Positions 9,974 through 18,022 of a DNA stretch of 64,000 bases are shown here, piece after piece. The DNA comes from Armatimonadota bacterium. GTDB lineage: Bacteria; Armatimonadota; Hebobacteria; GCA-020354555; CP070648. The translations under genes were made by a program, and so were the position numbers. The stretch lies in assembly GCA_035527535.1 (NCBI GenBank), contig DATLAK010000182.1, forward strand, positions 2,439 through 66,438, given 5' to 3'. The notes beneath the pieces are model-generated. The model saw nothing but the letters and a program-made list of their open reading frames with translations, made no database searches and was not told the DNA's origin. Each line of letters begins with the position of its first letter. The stretch's first letter is position 1.

Positions 9974-11635
9974 TTAGTGGTACACCTCCACGCGCGGCCA
10001 GGTGTAGAGCCAGTCGGGAGGGCAGGTGAGCTTCGCGGGCCGCAGGGCCGGCATCGGGGGCGCATGCTCGAAGGTCTCGAGCCGGTCGTAGCGTTTGGGC
10101 AGCTCCGCCATCAGCGCCGCGGGATCCGACTGCCCCAGCCGCAGCAGATCCGCATATTCCGTATCACTGACGACGAAGAAGTCGGAGCGCGCCCGCCGCA
10201 GCGCCGCCGCGTCCCAGCCGGTGACGATGACGCGATACGGCGGCTTCTCGCGCTGCCACCGGTGGAACTCCTCGGCGCTGCGCAGCCCGCCGTTGAAGGG
10301 GGTTAGGGGCGGGGTGAAATACCAGGGCGTGGAGGCGAGCCCGATGCGGGTGCGGGGCGCAGCCCGCGCCTGCAGCCACTCGGCGGCGCGGGTGCGCGGA
10401 TCGGCCGCGGTCATGGTGCCCACCATCTGCCCCGCGTACCAGGTGGTGCCAGCCAACACCGCCAGGCCCAGCACCGCCGGGGAGACGGCCCCCTTCCAGG
10501 CGGCGAGCGCGGGTGGAGTCGCCAATCGCAGGCGCTCCAGCGCATAGCCGCCCGCGATCACCAGCACCGGCAGCAAGGGCAAGCTGTAGCGCAGGAACCG
10601 CTCCTTGCCCGCGCCGATGACAAAGAAGTAGGGCAGGGCGAAGCTCAGCAGCACCATCGCCACTCCGGAGCCTGTCCCGAGCGAAGTCGAGGGGCCGCGC
10701 CGCAGCATGAGCCCGGCTCCCACCAGCCCCAGGAGCAGCGCCGGATAGCCCATGCCCGCCGGCAGGGCGCGCAGCAGATGGTAGAGCCAACCGTTGCCGG
10801 TGGCGGCGAAGGCCGGCGTGCCGCCGATGCGCATGTGCTGCAACTCGAAGTGCAGGTCGCGCAGGAAATCGGGGTTGAGGTGAAGCCCGTCGTCCCCCAG
10901 GAGCAGCAGGAAGGGCGTCACCGCCCAAAAAGCCAGGGCGGCGGCGGCGAGGCCGGCGATCGGCATCAGCAGGGAGGGGGCGTAGCCCTGCTCATCTCGC
11001 GCGAAGAGGTGGGCGAACAGCAGCGGCACCAACCCCAGGATCATCGTGTACTTGGCGGCCGTCGCCAGCCCCAGCGCGAGCCCGGCGACCAGGTAGATGG
11101 CGAGGTCCGCCATCCCGAACAGGCGCGGCAGCACGGCCAGCAGCAGCACGATCAGGAAGGTGGCGAGAACATCCACGGTCGCGTAGTGGGAGTTGACCAC
11201 GTGCGCGGGGAGCACCGCCAGCAGCGCCGCCGAACCCAGGCCGACCGGCGGCCCGCCGAGGTCCTTGCCGATGACGTACACCAAGTACACGGTGCCCACG
11301 CCCAGCAGCGCGGTCAGCGACCGGGCGAGCAAGTGCAGCTCGGTCCAGCCGCCTTCGGGCAGCGGCACCAAGCCCAGGAGGGCGCCGAACTTGGCGCAGA
11401 CGGCGACAAGGTAGATGTAGAAAGTGCCGTAGTTGTAGAAGTGTGGATCCCAGTCGCCGGTGTTGAGCATGTACCATACGGGGCCGAGCAGAGGGGCTTC
11501 GTCGGGGTGGTAGGAGAACAGGTGCGCTGCGCTCGGCAGCCCCCAGCGCAGCCCGGCGAAACGCAGCCCCATCGCCGCCAGCATGACCGCCGCGAGGCAG
11601 GCCCTCTCGATGCGCTCGACTTGGTAGGGCTTCAC
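9974..11635 (-). CDS. GT-C glycosyltransferase, ArnT/PMT (family 39)-like
   Basis: YHPDEAPLL first-loop DE motif, FYNYGTFYIYL, multi-TM N-terminal half and soluble C-terminal domain. Confidence 0.6.
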   Translation of the reverse strand: MKPYQVERIERACLAAVMLAAMGLRFAGLRWGLPSAAHLFSYHPDEAPLLGPVWYMLNTGDWDPHFYNYGTFYIYLVAVCAKFGALLGLVPLPEGGWTELHLLARSLTALLGVGTVYLVYVIGKDLGGPPVGLGSAALLAVLPAHVVNSHYATVDVLATFLIVLLLAVLPRLFGMADLAIYLVAGLALGLATAAKYTMILGLVPLLFAHLFARDEQGYAPSLLMPIAGLAAAALAFWAVTPFLLLLGDDGLHLNPDFLRDLHFELQHMRIGGTPAFAATGNGWLYHLLRALPAGMGYPALLLGLVGAGLMLRRGPSTSLGTGSGVAMVLLSFALPYFFVIGAGKERFLRYSLPLLPVLVIAGGYALERLRLATPPALAAWKGAVSPAVLGLAVLAGTTWYAGQMVGTMTAADPRTRAAEWLQARAAPRTRIGLASTPWYFTPPLTPFNGGLRSAEEFHRWQREKPPYRVIVTGWDAAALRRARSDFFVVSDTEYADLLRLGQSDPAALMAELPKRYDRLETFEHAPPMPALRPAKLTCPPDWLYTWPRVEVYH

Positions 11636-11658
11636 TTGTTCGCCCGTCCGCCGCCGAC

Positions 11659-14130
11659 TCAGACACGGCGCTTCGATTTCGCCCGCAGAACCCGCCGCCT
11701 GCGCCCGCCCAGGCTTGCGCCCACCCCGGCCATGCCGACCGCCGCCGCGATCATGCTCGCGAACAGCCCCAGCCGGAAAGAGGTCGGCGCGAACCGCATC
11801 TCGACCTCGTGCTCTCCGGGGCCGACCCGCACCGCGCGAAAGGCCCCGTTAGCAAGACATATCTCGGCCGGCTTCCCTTCCACCCACGCCCGCCAGCCGG
11901 GGTAGTAGGCGTCGCTCAGCACCAGGTATCCAGCCCGCGGCGCATCGAGGCGCACCCGGTTGATGCCGTCGCGCAGAATCATCGCCGCCACCATCCCCTC
12001 TTTCGTGGGCGGCACTTCGACAGGCTCAGGACCGTCCCGAGCGGAGTCGAGGGGCGCCACTCGCGGCAGCGGCTCGCCGGTCTCGAGCACCACCCCGCCA
12101 CCCGCGGCTTCGCCCAGCTGCGAAAGGGAGCCGAGCAGACCGCTCGCAACTACCGCACTCCGCGCCATGTAGGCCCGGGGCACAGAGTTCTGGACGCGGT
12201 ACAGGTTCACCTCCCCGGCCCGCTCCCGGGTCAGACCCGGCACGTCGAGCGGCGTCTCCGACAGCACGTATCGCACCCCCAGCACCGCCAGCAGCGCCGG
12301 ATCGCAGGGCGCCCCGAGCAGCATGTTGCCGTTGGCCCTGGGGCTCGGATCGCGCCCCTCCACCCGCGCCAGCACCTGGCGATAGCGCGCCAGGTAGAGC
12401 GAGTCATAGCCCTGGACATCGCGCAGTCCGTAAACCATGGCGGCGTTCGGCGGCAGCACCGCGCGGGGGAAGTCGTCCAGGCCCCAGGACTGGTGCAACG
12501 GCATGATGCGGCCGGCACCGTCGCGATCGCCGAGGTAGGCGGTGAGCTCCGTGGGCGGATAGACGCTGCCGGGGGGGGCGGTGCGGTAGTAACCCATGCC
12601 GAAGGCGAAGAGCTCGAATACCGACGCCGCCAGCAGCACCCCGAGCGCCGCGGCGGAACCGGACTGGCGGCGGCTGGCCACCCACAGCGCGCCGACGCCG
12701 GCGCACAGGGACAGCAGCGCCACCAGCAGGTTGACGGCGGGCGCACTCAGCAGGGCCGGCGCCGGCACGTGCAGCGAAGCGGCGATGCCGAGGACGAGGG
12801 CCCCGGCGGCGACGACCATGACGATGGCGGCGACGGCGAGGTGGCGCGCGAAGCGCCTCCCGCGGTCGGCTTCCGCCAGCGCCCTCGCCGCCGCATCGGC
12901 GCCCGAGCCGGCGAGGATGGCGATCGCGGTGGAGTAGATGAAGAGCATCCGCCCCGGGCCGCCGGTGCTGCTGAAGCCGGGAATGGCGTAGAACAGTAGC
13001 CGGCTGATCGGCGTCCCCAGCGCCGCCAGCAGGGCGAGAAGCGCCACCGCGGCGAAGAACACGGTGTGGCGGTCGCGCCGCCAGATGAGCGCGAGCGCCG
13101 CCAGCGCCAGCGGCAGCGCGCCCACGTATGCCGCGTACTCCGCGAAGTTGCCGCGCCCCCAATAGGTGCCGTAGGCGGGGTTGCCCATGAACTCGGGCAG
13201 CACCAGCGTGATCAACTGCTGCCACGGCATCGCGAACCGCAGGTAGGCGCTGTAGCCCTGGGCGCTGGCAGCGGTCGCGCGGTGGCTGAACGATAGCAGC
13301 TCCGCGCTCGGCAGGAGCTGCACCGCGCCCCACAGCAGCGCCAGCGCGGCGGCCGCCGCCGCGGCCAGCAGTGCGGCCCCCAGCCGCCCCGGGCTCGCCC
13401 GCCCCGCGCCCGCCCCGGTGACGGCGCAGGCGGCGAAATAGAGCGCGGTCACGCCGGCGACGTAGAGGAACATCTGCGGATGGCCGGCGAGCAGGGCGGT
13501 GCCGGTGACGAGACCCAGGCCGACGACATACCCCGGCCGCCGGGTGGCGAAGAACCGCGCGACGCAGAACAGGGCCAGCGGCAGCCAGACCGCGGTGTCG
13601 AGCACCGTGGGCAACTGCAGCCACGCCGCCAGAAAGCCGCTGAAGGCGAAGGCGACTCCGCCCAAGGCGGCGCCGAAGCGCCCGCGGCCCAGGGCGCGCA
13701 GGAACAGGTATGTGAACAGCCCCGCCAGCCACAGGTGCAGAGCGGCGGCGATGGCGAAGGCGCGCGCCGGCGGCAACAGGTAGAACAGCAGGTTGGGCGG
13801 ATAGAACACGGCGGACTGGCTGTTGGCGACGAAGGGCGTGCCGCAGAACTGGAACGGATTCCACAGGGGGATGATGCCGCGCGCGAGGGCGTCATGGGCG
13901 TAAGCCCGCCACGGGTAGTACTGCGCCATCGCATCCCAGATGAGGGCGTTCCAATGCTCGGGGGGCGGCGGCGCGGCCGATTGCCAGGGGGCGAAATGGT
14001 GGAGATAGCCGGCGGGCAGCAGCACGTCGCCGGTGAACAGCGCGCGGCCGAGGAACCCGACCGCAAGCGCGGCCATAAGCAGCGGCCTGGCGACGCGGCG
14101 CCCCACCGGCTCCGCCCCCGAGGCCGCCAT
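11659..14130 (-). CDS. YfhO-family membrane glycosyltransferase
   Basis: LWNPFQFCGTPFVANSQSAVFYP motif, N-terminal TM bundle, large extracytoplasmic domain, C-terminal TM anchor; start moved to MAASG (ORF M160) giving ATGA overlap with upstream small gene. Confidence 0.65.
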   Translation of the reverse strand: MAASGAEPVGRRVARPLLMAALAVGFLGRALFTGDVLLPAGYLHHFAPWQSAAPPPPEHWNALIWDAMAQYYPWRAYAHDALARGIIPLWNPFQFCGTPFVANSQSAVFYPPNLLFYLLPPARAFAIAAALHLWLAGLFTYLFLRALGRGRFGAALGGVAFAFSGFLAAWLQLPTVLDTAVWLPLALFCVARFFATRRPGYVVGLGLVTGTALLAGHPQMFLYVAGVTALYFAACAVTGAGAGRASPGRLGAALLAAAAAAALALLWGAVQLLPSAELLSFSHRATAASAQGYSAYLRFAMPWQQLITLVLPEFMGNPAYGTYWGRGNFAEYAAYVGALPLALAALALIWRRDRHTVFFAAVALLALLAALGTPISRLLFYAIPGFSSTGGPGRMLFIYSTAIAILAGSGADAAARALAEADRGRRFARHLAVAAIVMVVAAGALVLGIAASLHVPAPALLSAPAVNLLVALLSLCAGVGALWVASRRQSGSAAALGVLLAASVFELFAFGMGYYRTAPPGSVYPPTELTAYLGDRDGAGRIMPLHQSWGLDDFPRAVLPPNAAMVYGLRDVQGYDSLYLARYRQVLARVEGRDPSPRANGNMLLGAPCDPALLAVLGVRYVLSETPLDVPGLTRERAGEVNLYRVQNSVPRAYMARSAVVASGLLGSLSQLGEAAGGGVVLETGEPLPRVAPLDSARDGPEPVEVPPTKEGMVAAMILRDGINRVRLDAPRAGYLVLSDAYYPGWRAWVEGKPAEICLANGAFRAVRVGPGEHEVEMRFAPTSFRLGLFASMIAAAVGMAGVGASLGGRRRRVLRAKSKRRV

Positions 14131-14498
14131 CAGCTCTTGGCCACGAACGCTACCCCGGCGCAAATCAGCACCACCCCCAATATGCGCACGGGCGGGATCG
14201 CCTCGTGCAGCATGAGCCACGACAGGAAGAGCACGATGATGTAGGTCGAGGCGATCAGGGGATAGACGTAGCTCAGAGCGGTGGCCTGCTTGAGCACCAC
14301 CAGCCACACCATGGCCGACACCGCGTAGAGCCCGAGACCCAGAAAAACATAGGGCGTGAAGACCGCCCGCACCAGGCCGAGCAGCATGGTGATGCCGGGG
14401 CTGCCGAGCGTGCCGACCATGTTCATGCCGTGCTTCATGGAGATCTGGCCAAAGCTGGCCAGCACGACTGCGATCAACACCAGCAGCAGTATAGGCAA
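14130..14498 (-). CDS. small 4-TM EamA/SMR-like DMT protein (ArnE/ArnF-like flippase subunit candidate)
   Basis: 122 aa, four hydrophobic spans, ...SYVYPLIAS...E...G..LI.AGV pattern of EamA half-domains; start-coupled to YfhO. Confidence 0.5.
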   Translation of the reverse strand: MPILLLVLIAVVLASFGQISMKHGMNMVGTLGSPGITMLLGLVRAVFTPYVFLGLGLYAVSAMVWLVVLKQATALSYVYPLIASTYIIVLFLSWLMLHEAIPPVRILGVVLICAGVAFVAKS

Positions 14499-14522
14499 CG
14501 GAGGCGGCTCCTTTCGGTGGCG

Positions 14523-15116
14523 CTATTGCACGCGGCGGGCGCGGCCAAACGGGAAGTAGACGAAGATCGCTTTCCCCCGCACCGACGACAGGGCGACCGG
14601 CCCCCACGCCCGGCTGTCATCGCTATCGTCGCGGTTGTCGCCCAAGACGTAGACGCTGTTCTCCGGCACTCGCACCGGCGATCGGAAATCCCCGCGCCAG
14701 CTCGCGGTGTAGGGCTCGACCAGGCGGCCGCCGTTGACGAACACGTGATTGCTCCACACCCATACCCACTCGCCGGGCAGCCCCACCACGCGCTTGATGA
14801 CGACCTCGCGCCGCTTGCCCGGAGCGCTCAGAGTTATGACGTCGAAGCGCCTTGGGGCAGGGCGCCGGTACGCGATCTTCGATACCAGGACAAAGTCACC
14901 GGAGCGCAGCCCGGGGCGCATGGAGGAGCCTTCGACGATATCGGACTCATACACGTACAGCCGCAGCAGCACCGCCGCCGCCACCGCCAGGACGACCAGG
15001 CTCACCAGTGCGCGGCGCCGCGTGGCCGGCGCCGGTCGGGCTGCCGCCTGCGCGGGCGGCTGCCGCGGCACGCCGTTCGCATCGTTCTCCACTGCGGACC
15101 GTTCGCCCTCTTCCAT
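14523..15116 (-). CDS. lepB: signal peptidase I
   Basis: SSMRPGL (catalytic Ser box), KRVVGLPGE, VLGDNRDDSDDSR boxes of S26 peptidases. Confidence 0.8.
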   Translation of the reverse strand: MEEGERSAVENDANGVPRQPPAQAAARPAPATRRRALVSLVVLAVAAAVLLRLYVYESDIVEGSSMRPGLRSGDFVLVSKIAYRRPAPRRFDVITLSAPGKRREVVIKRVVGLPGEWVWVWSNHVFVNGGRLVEPYTASWRGDFRSPVRVPENSVYVLGDNRDDSDDSRAWGPVALSSVRGKAIFVYFPFGRARRVQ

Positions 15117-15119
15117 TCC

Positions 15120-16493
15120 TCAGGCCCTTCTGCGCAGACGCGCAATGAACATGCCGTCGGCGTCGTGCAGGTGCGGCAGCAGGCGCAGCGCACGACCGTC
15201 GGCCGCCAGCGCCGAATCGGGCAGCCCCGCCACCAGGCCGCGGCAATCCTCGGCGCGCGCGCGCCCGTCCGCCAGCGCCGCCGACACCACCCCCTCGTTC
15301 TCCTCCGGCTCCAGGCTGCAGGTGCTGTAAACCACGACCCCTTGCGGCCGCACCAAGGTCAGCGCCGTCGCCAGCAGCTCGCCCTGCAGCGCCGCCAGCT
15401 TGGCGAGCTGCTGCGGCGTCTTGCGCCAACGGCTGTCCGCACGCCGCCGCAGCGCCCCGGTGCCGGAGCAAGGCGCATCCACCAGGCACAGGTCGTACCC
15501 GCCTATCCCCTCCAGCGCGCGTGCGTCCTGCTCGCGCGTCTCGACGATGGTGACGCCCAAGCGCGCGCATTCTTCTTTCAGCCTCGCCAGCTTCCAGCCC
15601 TGCCGGTCCACCGCCAAGACCGGTCCCTGGTTGTCCATGAGCTCCGCCATGTGTGTCGCCTTGCCGCCGACACCGGCGCACAGGTCGAGCACGCGCGCCC
15701 CGGGTCGCGGCCGGGCCGCCAGTCCGACCACCATGGAACCATCTCCCTGCACCGTGAAGCGGCCGGCGGCGTACGCGGCCGCGCGCCGGGGATCGCCCCC
15801 CGAGGTCAGACGCAAGGCGCCCGCCACCAGGGGCGAGGGTTGGGTGGCCATGCCCGCGGCCGCCAGCTCCGCCGCCAGCTCTGCCGCGTCGCCGCGCAGG
15901 CGGTTGGGGCGCAGACACACCGGGGCGGGGCGATTGTCGGCGTCGCAGATGGCTTCCGCAGCGGCGACGCCGAAGTGGGTGATCCAGCGCTCCACCAGCC
16001 AGCGGGGGTGGCTGTGGACGACCGCGATGTGACTCGCCGCATCGGCGCCGCGATCGGGAGCAGGTGGCTCCCCCTGCTCCGCCAGGTGGCGCAGAACCGC
16101 GTTGACCAGCGCGATAGTGCCGGGATGGCCGCGGGCGCGCGCCATGCGCACCGCCTCGTCGCACGCGGCGCGGGCGGGCACGGCGTCCAGCAGCAGGATC
16201 TGGAAGGCGCCGAGACGCAGGATGCTGCGGATCGCCGGGGTCAGCGCCGCCAGCGGCCGCGCCAGGCACTGCGCAAGCGCGTAGTCGAGGCGCCCGCGCC
16301 AGCGCAGCGTCCCGTCCACCAGGGCGGTGACCAGGGCGCGGTCGCGGTCGCGCAGGGCGCAGGACGACAGGGCCTGATCGAGGGCGGCGTTGGCGAAGGC
16401 GCCGCGCTCCACGCGCCCCAGCACGCGCAGGGCCAGCGCCCGGGCGGGGGTGGGACCGCGGGGGGGTGCACCGGCGCCGGCAGGCCCGGGCAT
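15120..16493 (-). CDS. rsmB: 16S rRNA (cytosine967-C5)-methyltransferase
   Basis: NusB-like N-terminus, DLCAGVGGKATH SAM motif, DAPCSGTG catalytic Cys motif. Confidence 0.8.
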   Translation of the reverse strand: MPGPAGAGAPPRGPTPARALALRVLGRVERGAFANAALDQALSSCALRDRDRALVTALVDGTLRWRGRLDYALAQCLARPLAALTPAIRSILRLGAFQILLLDAVPARAACDEAVRMARARGHPGTIALVNAVLRHLAEQGEPPAPDRGADAASHIAVVHSHPRWLVERWITHFGVAAAEAICDADNRPAPVCLRPNRLRGDAAELAAELAAAGMATQPSPLVAGALRLTSGGDPRRAAAYAAGRFTVQGDGSMVVGLAARPRPGARVLDLCAGVGGKATHMAELMDNQGPVLAVDRQGWKLARLKEECARLGVTIVETREQDARALEGIGGYDLCLVDAPCSGTGALRRRADSRWRKTPQQLAKLAALQGELLATALTLVRPQGVVVYSTCSLEPEENEGVVSAALADGRARAEDCRGLVAGLPDSALAADGRALRLLPHLHDADGMFIARLRRRA

Positions 16494-16499
16494 CGGGCG

Positions 16500-17234
16500 C
16501 TAGTCCCTCTCACGCAGGATCAGCAGCCGCAGGAGGGTCATGATCGCCATCGCCGCCGCCGCGACGTAGGTGAGGGCGGCCGCGCCCAGCACCCGCCTGA
16601 CGCCTTGCAGCTCCGGCGGCGAGACGAAGCCGCCCTCTCGCAGCAGGGCGAGCGCTCGATGGCTGGCGTTGAACTCGACGGGCAGCGTGACGAGGGTGAA
16701 CGTCACCGCGGCGACGTAGAGCAGGATGCCGACATCCATCAGAAACTTCAGGCCTGTGGAGCTGGCGATGAGGCCGACAAAGAAGATCGGGAACGCGAGG
16801 GTGGAACCGAACTGCGCGGCGGGCACCAGCACCGCCCGCACCGACATGCCGGGGTAGCGAACCGCTTGCTGGATGGCATGGCCGGTCTCGTGGGCCGCGA
16901 CCCCGAGGGCGGCGATGGAATCGCTGCCGTACACCGGCTCGGACAGGCGCAGGACGTTGTCCCGGGGATCGTAGTGGTCGGTGAGCCGCCCGGCGATCGC
17001 CTCGACCGCCACCGCGCCCAGGGCTTGGGCGGCACGCCGATCGCCGGCTGGCGCGGTCTCCGCCGCGACCTCCGCCCGTTGCAGCAGCTCGCGCGCCAAT
17101 TGCGCCCCCGTGTAACCGCTGGATGCGCGCACGCGCGAGTAGCGCTCGAACGACGACTTGACCTTATGCTGCGCCCACAGCGCGAACACAAACGCCGGCG
17201 CCAGCAACCACAGGGTCCAGTCGAAGTAGAACAT
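16500..17234 (-). CDS. membrane zinc metallopeptidase (YugP/Zn_peptidase_2-like)
   Basis: HETGHAIQ zinc motif between N- and C-terminal TM segments. Confidence 0.65.
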   Translation of the reverse strand: MFYFDWTLWLLAPAFVFALWAQHKVKSSFERYSRVRASSGYTGAQLARELLQRAEVAAETAPAGDRRAAQALGAVAVEAIAGRLTDHYDPRDNVLRLSEPVYGSDSIAALGVAAHETGHAIQQAVRYPGMSVRAVLVPAAQFGSTLAFPIFFVGLIASSTGLKFLMDVGILLYVAAVTFTLVTLPVEFNASHRALALLREGGFVSPPELQGVRRVLGAAALTYVAAAAMAIMTLLRLLILRERD

Positions 17235-17269
17235 GGCAGCACCTCAAAACCGGAGCATGGCTTGAAACC

Positions 17270-17297
17270 GTAGGGGCGCACAGCGGTGCGCCCCTAC
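17270..17297. terminator. hairpin GTAGGGGCGCACAGCGGTGCGCCCCTAC (repeat family B) downstream of corrinoid gene
   Basis: 12-bp GC stem; on minus-strand RNA followed by GGUUUC; sits between convergent-operon boundary genes. Confidence 0.5.
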
Positions 17298-17334
17298 GGA
17301 AATTACTACCCGCGGCTGACGGACGGAAAACCGG

Positions 17335-17967
17335 TTAAGCGGCGAGGAGTTCCTGGGCCGTGTCCACGGCGCTGGCGGCATCGGGCGCATAGCCGTCGGC
17401 GCCGATCTCGTCGGCATAGCTCTGGGTGATCGGCGCGCCGCCGATCATGACCTTGACCCGGTCGCGCACGCCGGCGGCCTTGAGCGCGTTGATGGTTTCC
17501 GCCATGGCGGGCATGGTGGTGGTGAGCAGCGCCGACAGCGCCAGCACCTGGATGCCCTGGTCCCGCACCGCCTCGGCGAACTGCTCCGGCTTGACGTCCA
17601 CCCCCAGGTCCTTGACCTCGTAGCCCGCGCCCTCCAACATCATGGCGACCAGGTTCTTGCCGATGTCATGGAGGTCGCCCTTGACGGTGCCGATGGCCAC
17701 CCGCCCCACGGGTTCGATCCCGCCTTCTGCGATCAGCGGCCGCAGCAAGTCGAGGCTGGCGTGCATGGCGCGCGCCGCAATCAGCACCTCGGGCACGTAA
17801 AACTCGTTGTTCTTGAACTTCGCCCCCACCACCGACATGCCCGCGATCAGTCCGTCGTTAATGATCTGCTGCGGCGGCGTCTTCTCTGCGATCGCCTGCT
17901 CGGTGACTTCCCGCGCGCGGTCGCGATTCCCGGCGATGATGGCGTCGGCCAACTCCTTCAGCTCCAT
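17335..17967 (-). CDS. cobalamin-binding corrinoid protein (MtxC-type)
   Basis: B12-binding DxHxxG motif GDLHDIGKN, SALLTTT, MIGGA; N-terminal helical cap domain. Confidence 0.75.
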   Translation of the reverse strand: MELKELADAIIAGNRDRAREVTEQAIAEKTPPQQIINDGLIAGMSVVGAKFKNNEFYVPEVLIAARAMHASLDLLRPLIAEGGIEPVGRVAIGTVKGDLHDIGKNLVAMMLEGAGYEVKDLGVDVKPEQFAEAVRDQGIQVLALSALLTTTMPAMAETINALKAAGVRDRVKVMIGGAPITQSYADEIGADGYAPDAASAVDTAQELLAA

Positions 17968-18022
17968 GTGGCTACCTCCTATGGCGATACGTGAACGCTG
18001 TTTTTCTGCGTTCCCGCGACCG

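Noticed and set aside
14131-14607. 159-codon N-terminal extension of the YfhO ORF (and similar extensions of GT4 at 4715-5212, the 8244 gene at 9855-9974, the aldolase at 48566-48958, metK, the dehydrogenase, and others)
   Set aside because: Extensions are Arg/Pro/Gly-rich, overlap upstream genes or intergenic repeats, and conserved N-termini or SD sequences lie at internal Met codons.
14205-17273. 1022-aa plus-strand ORF across lepB, rsmB and the Zn-peptidase region
   Set aside because: Antisense to three genes with strong catalytic motifs; composition is Arg/Gly/Ala/Gln repeats; no start context.
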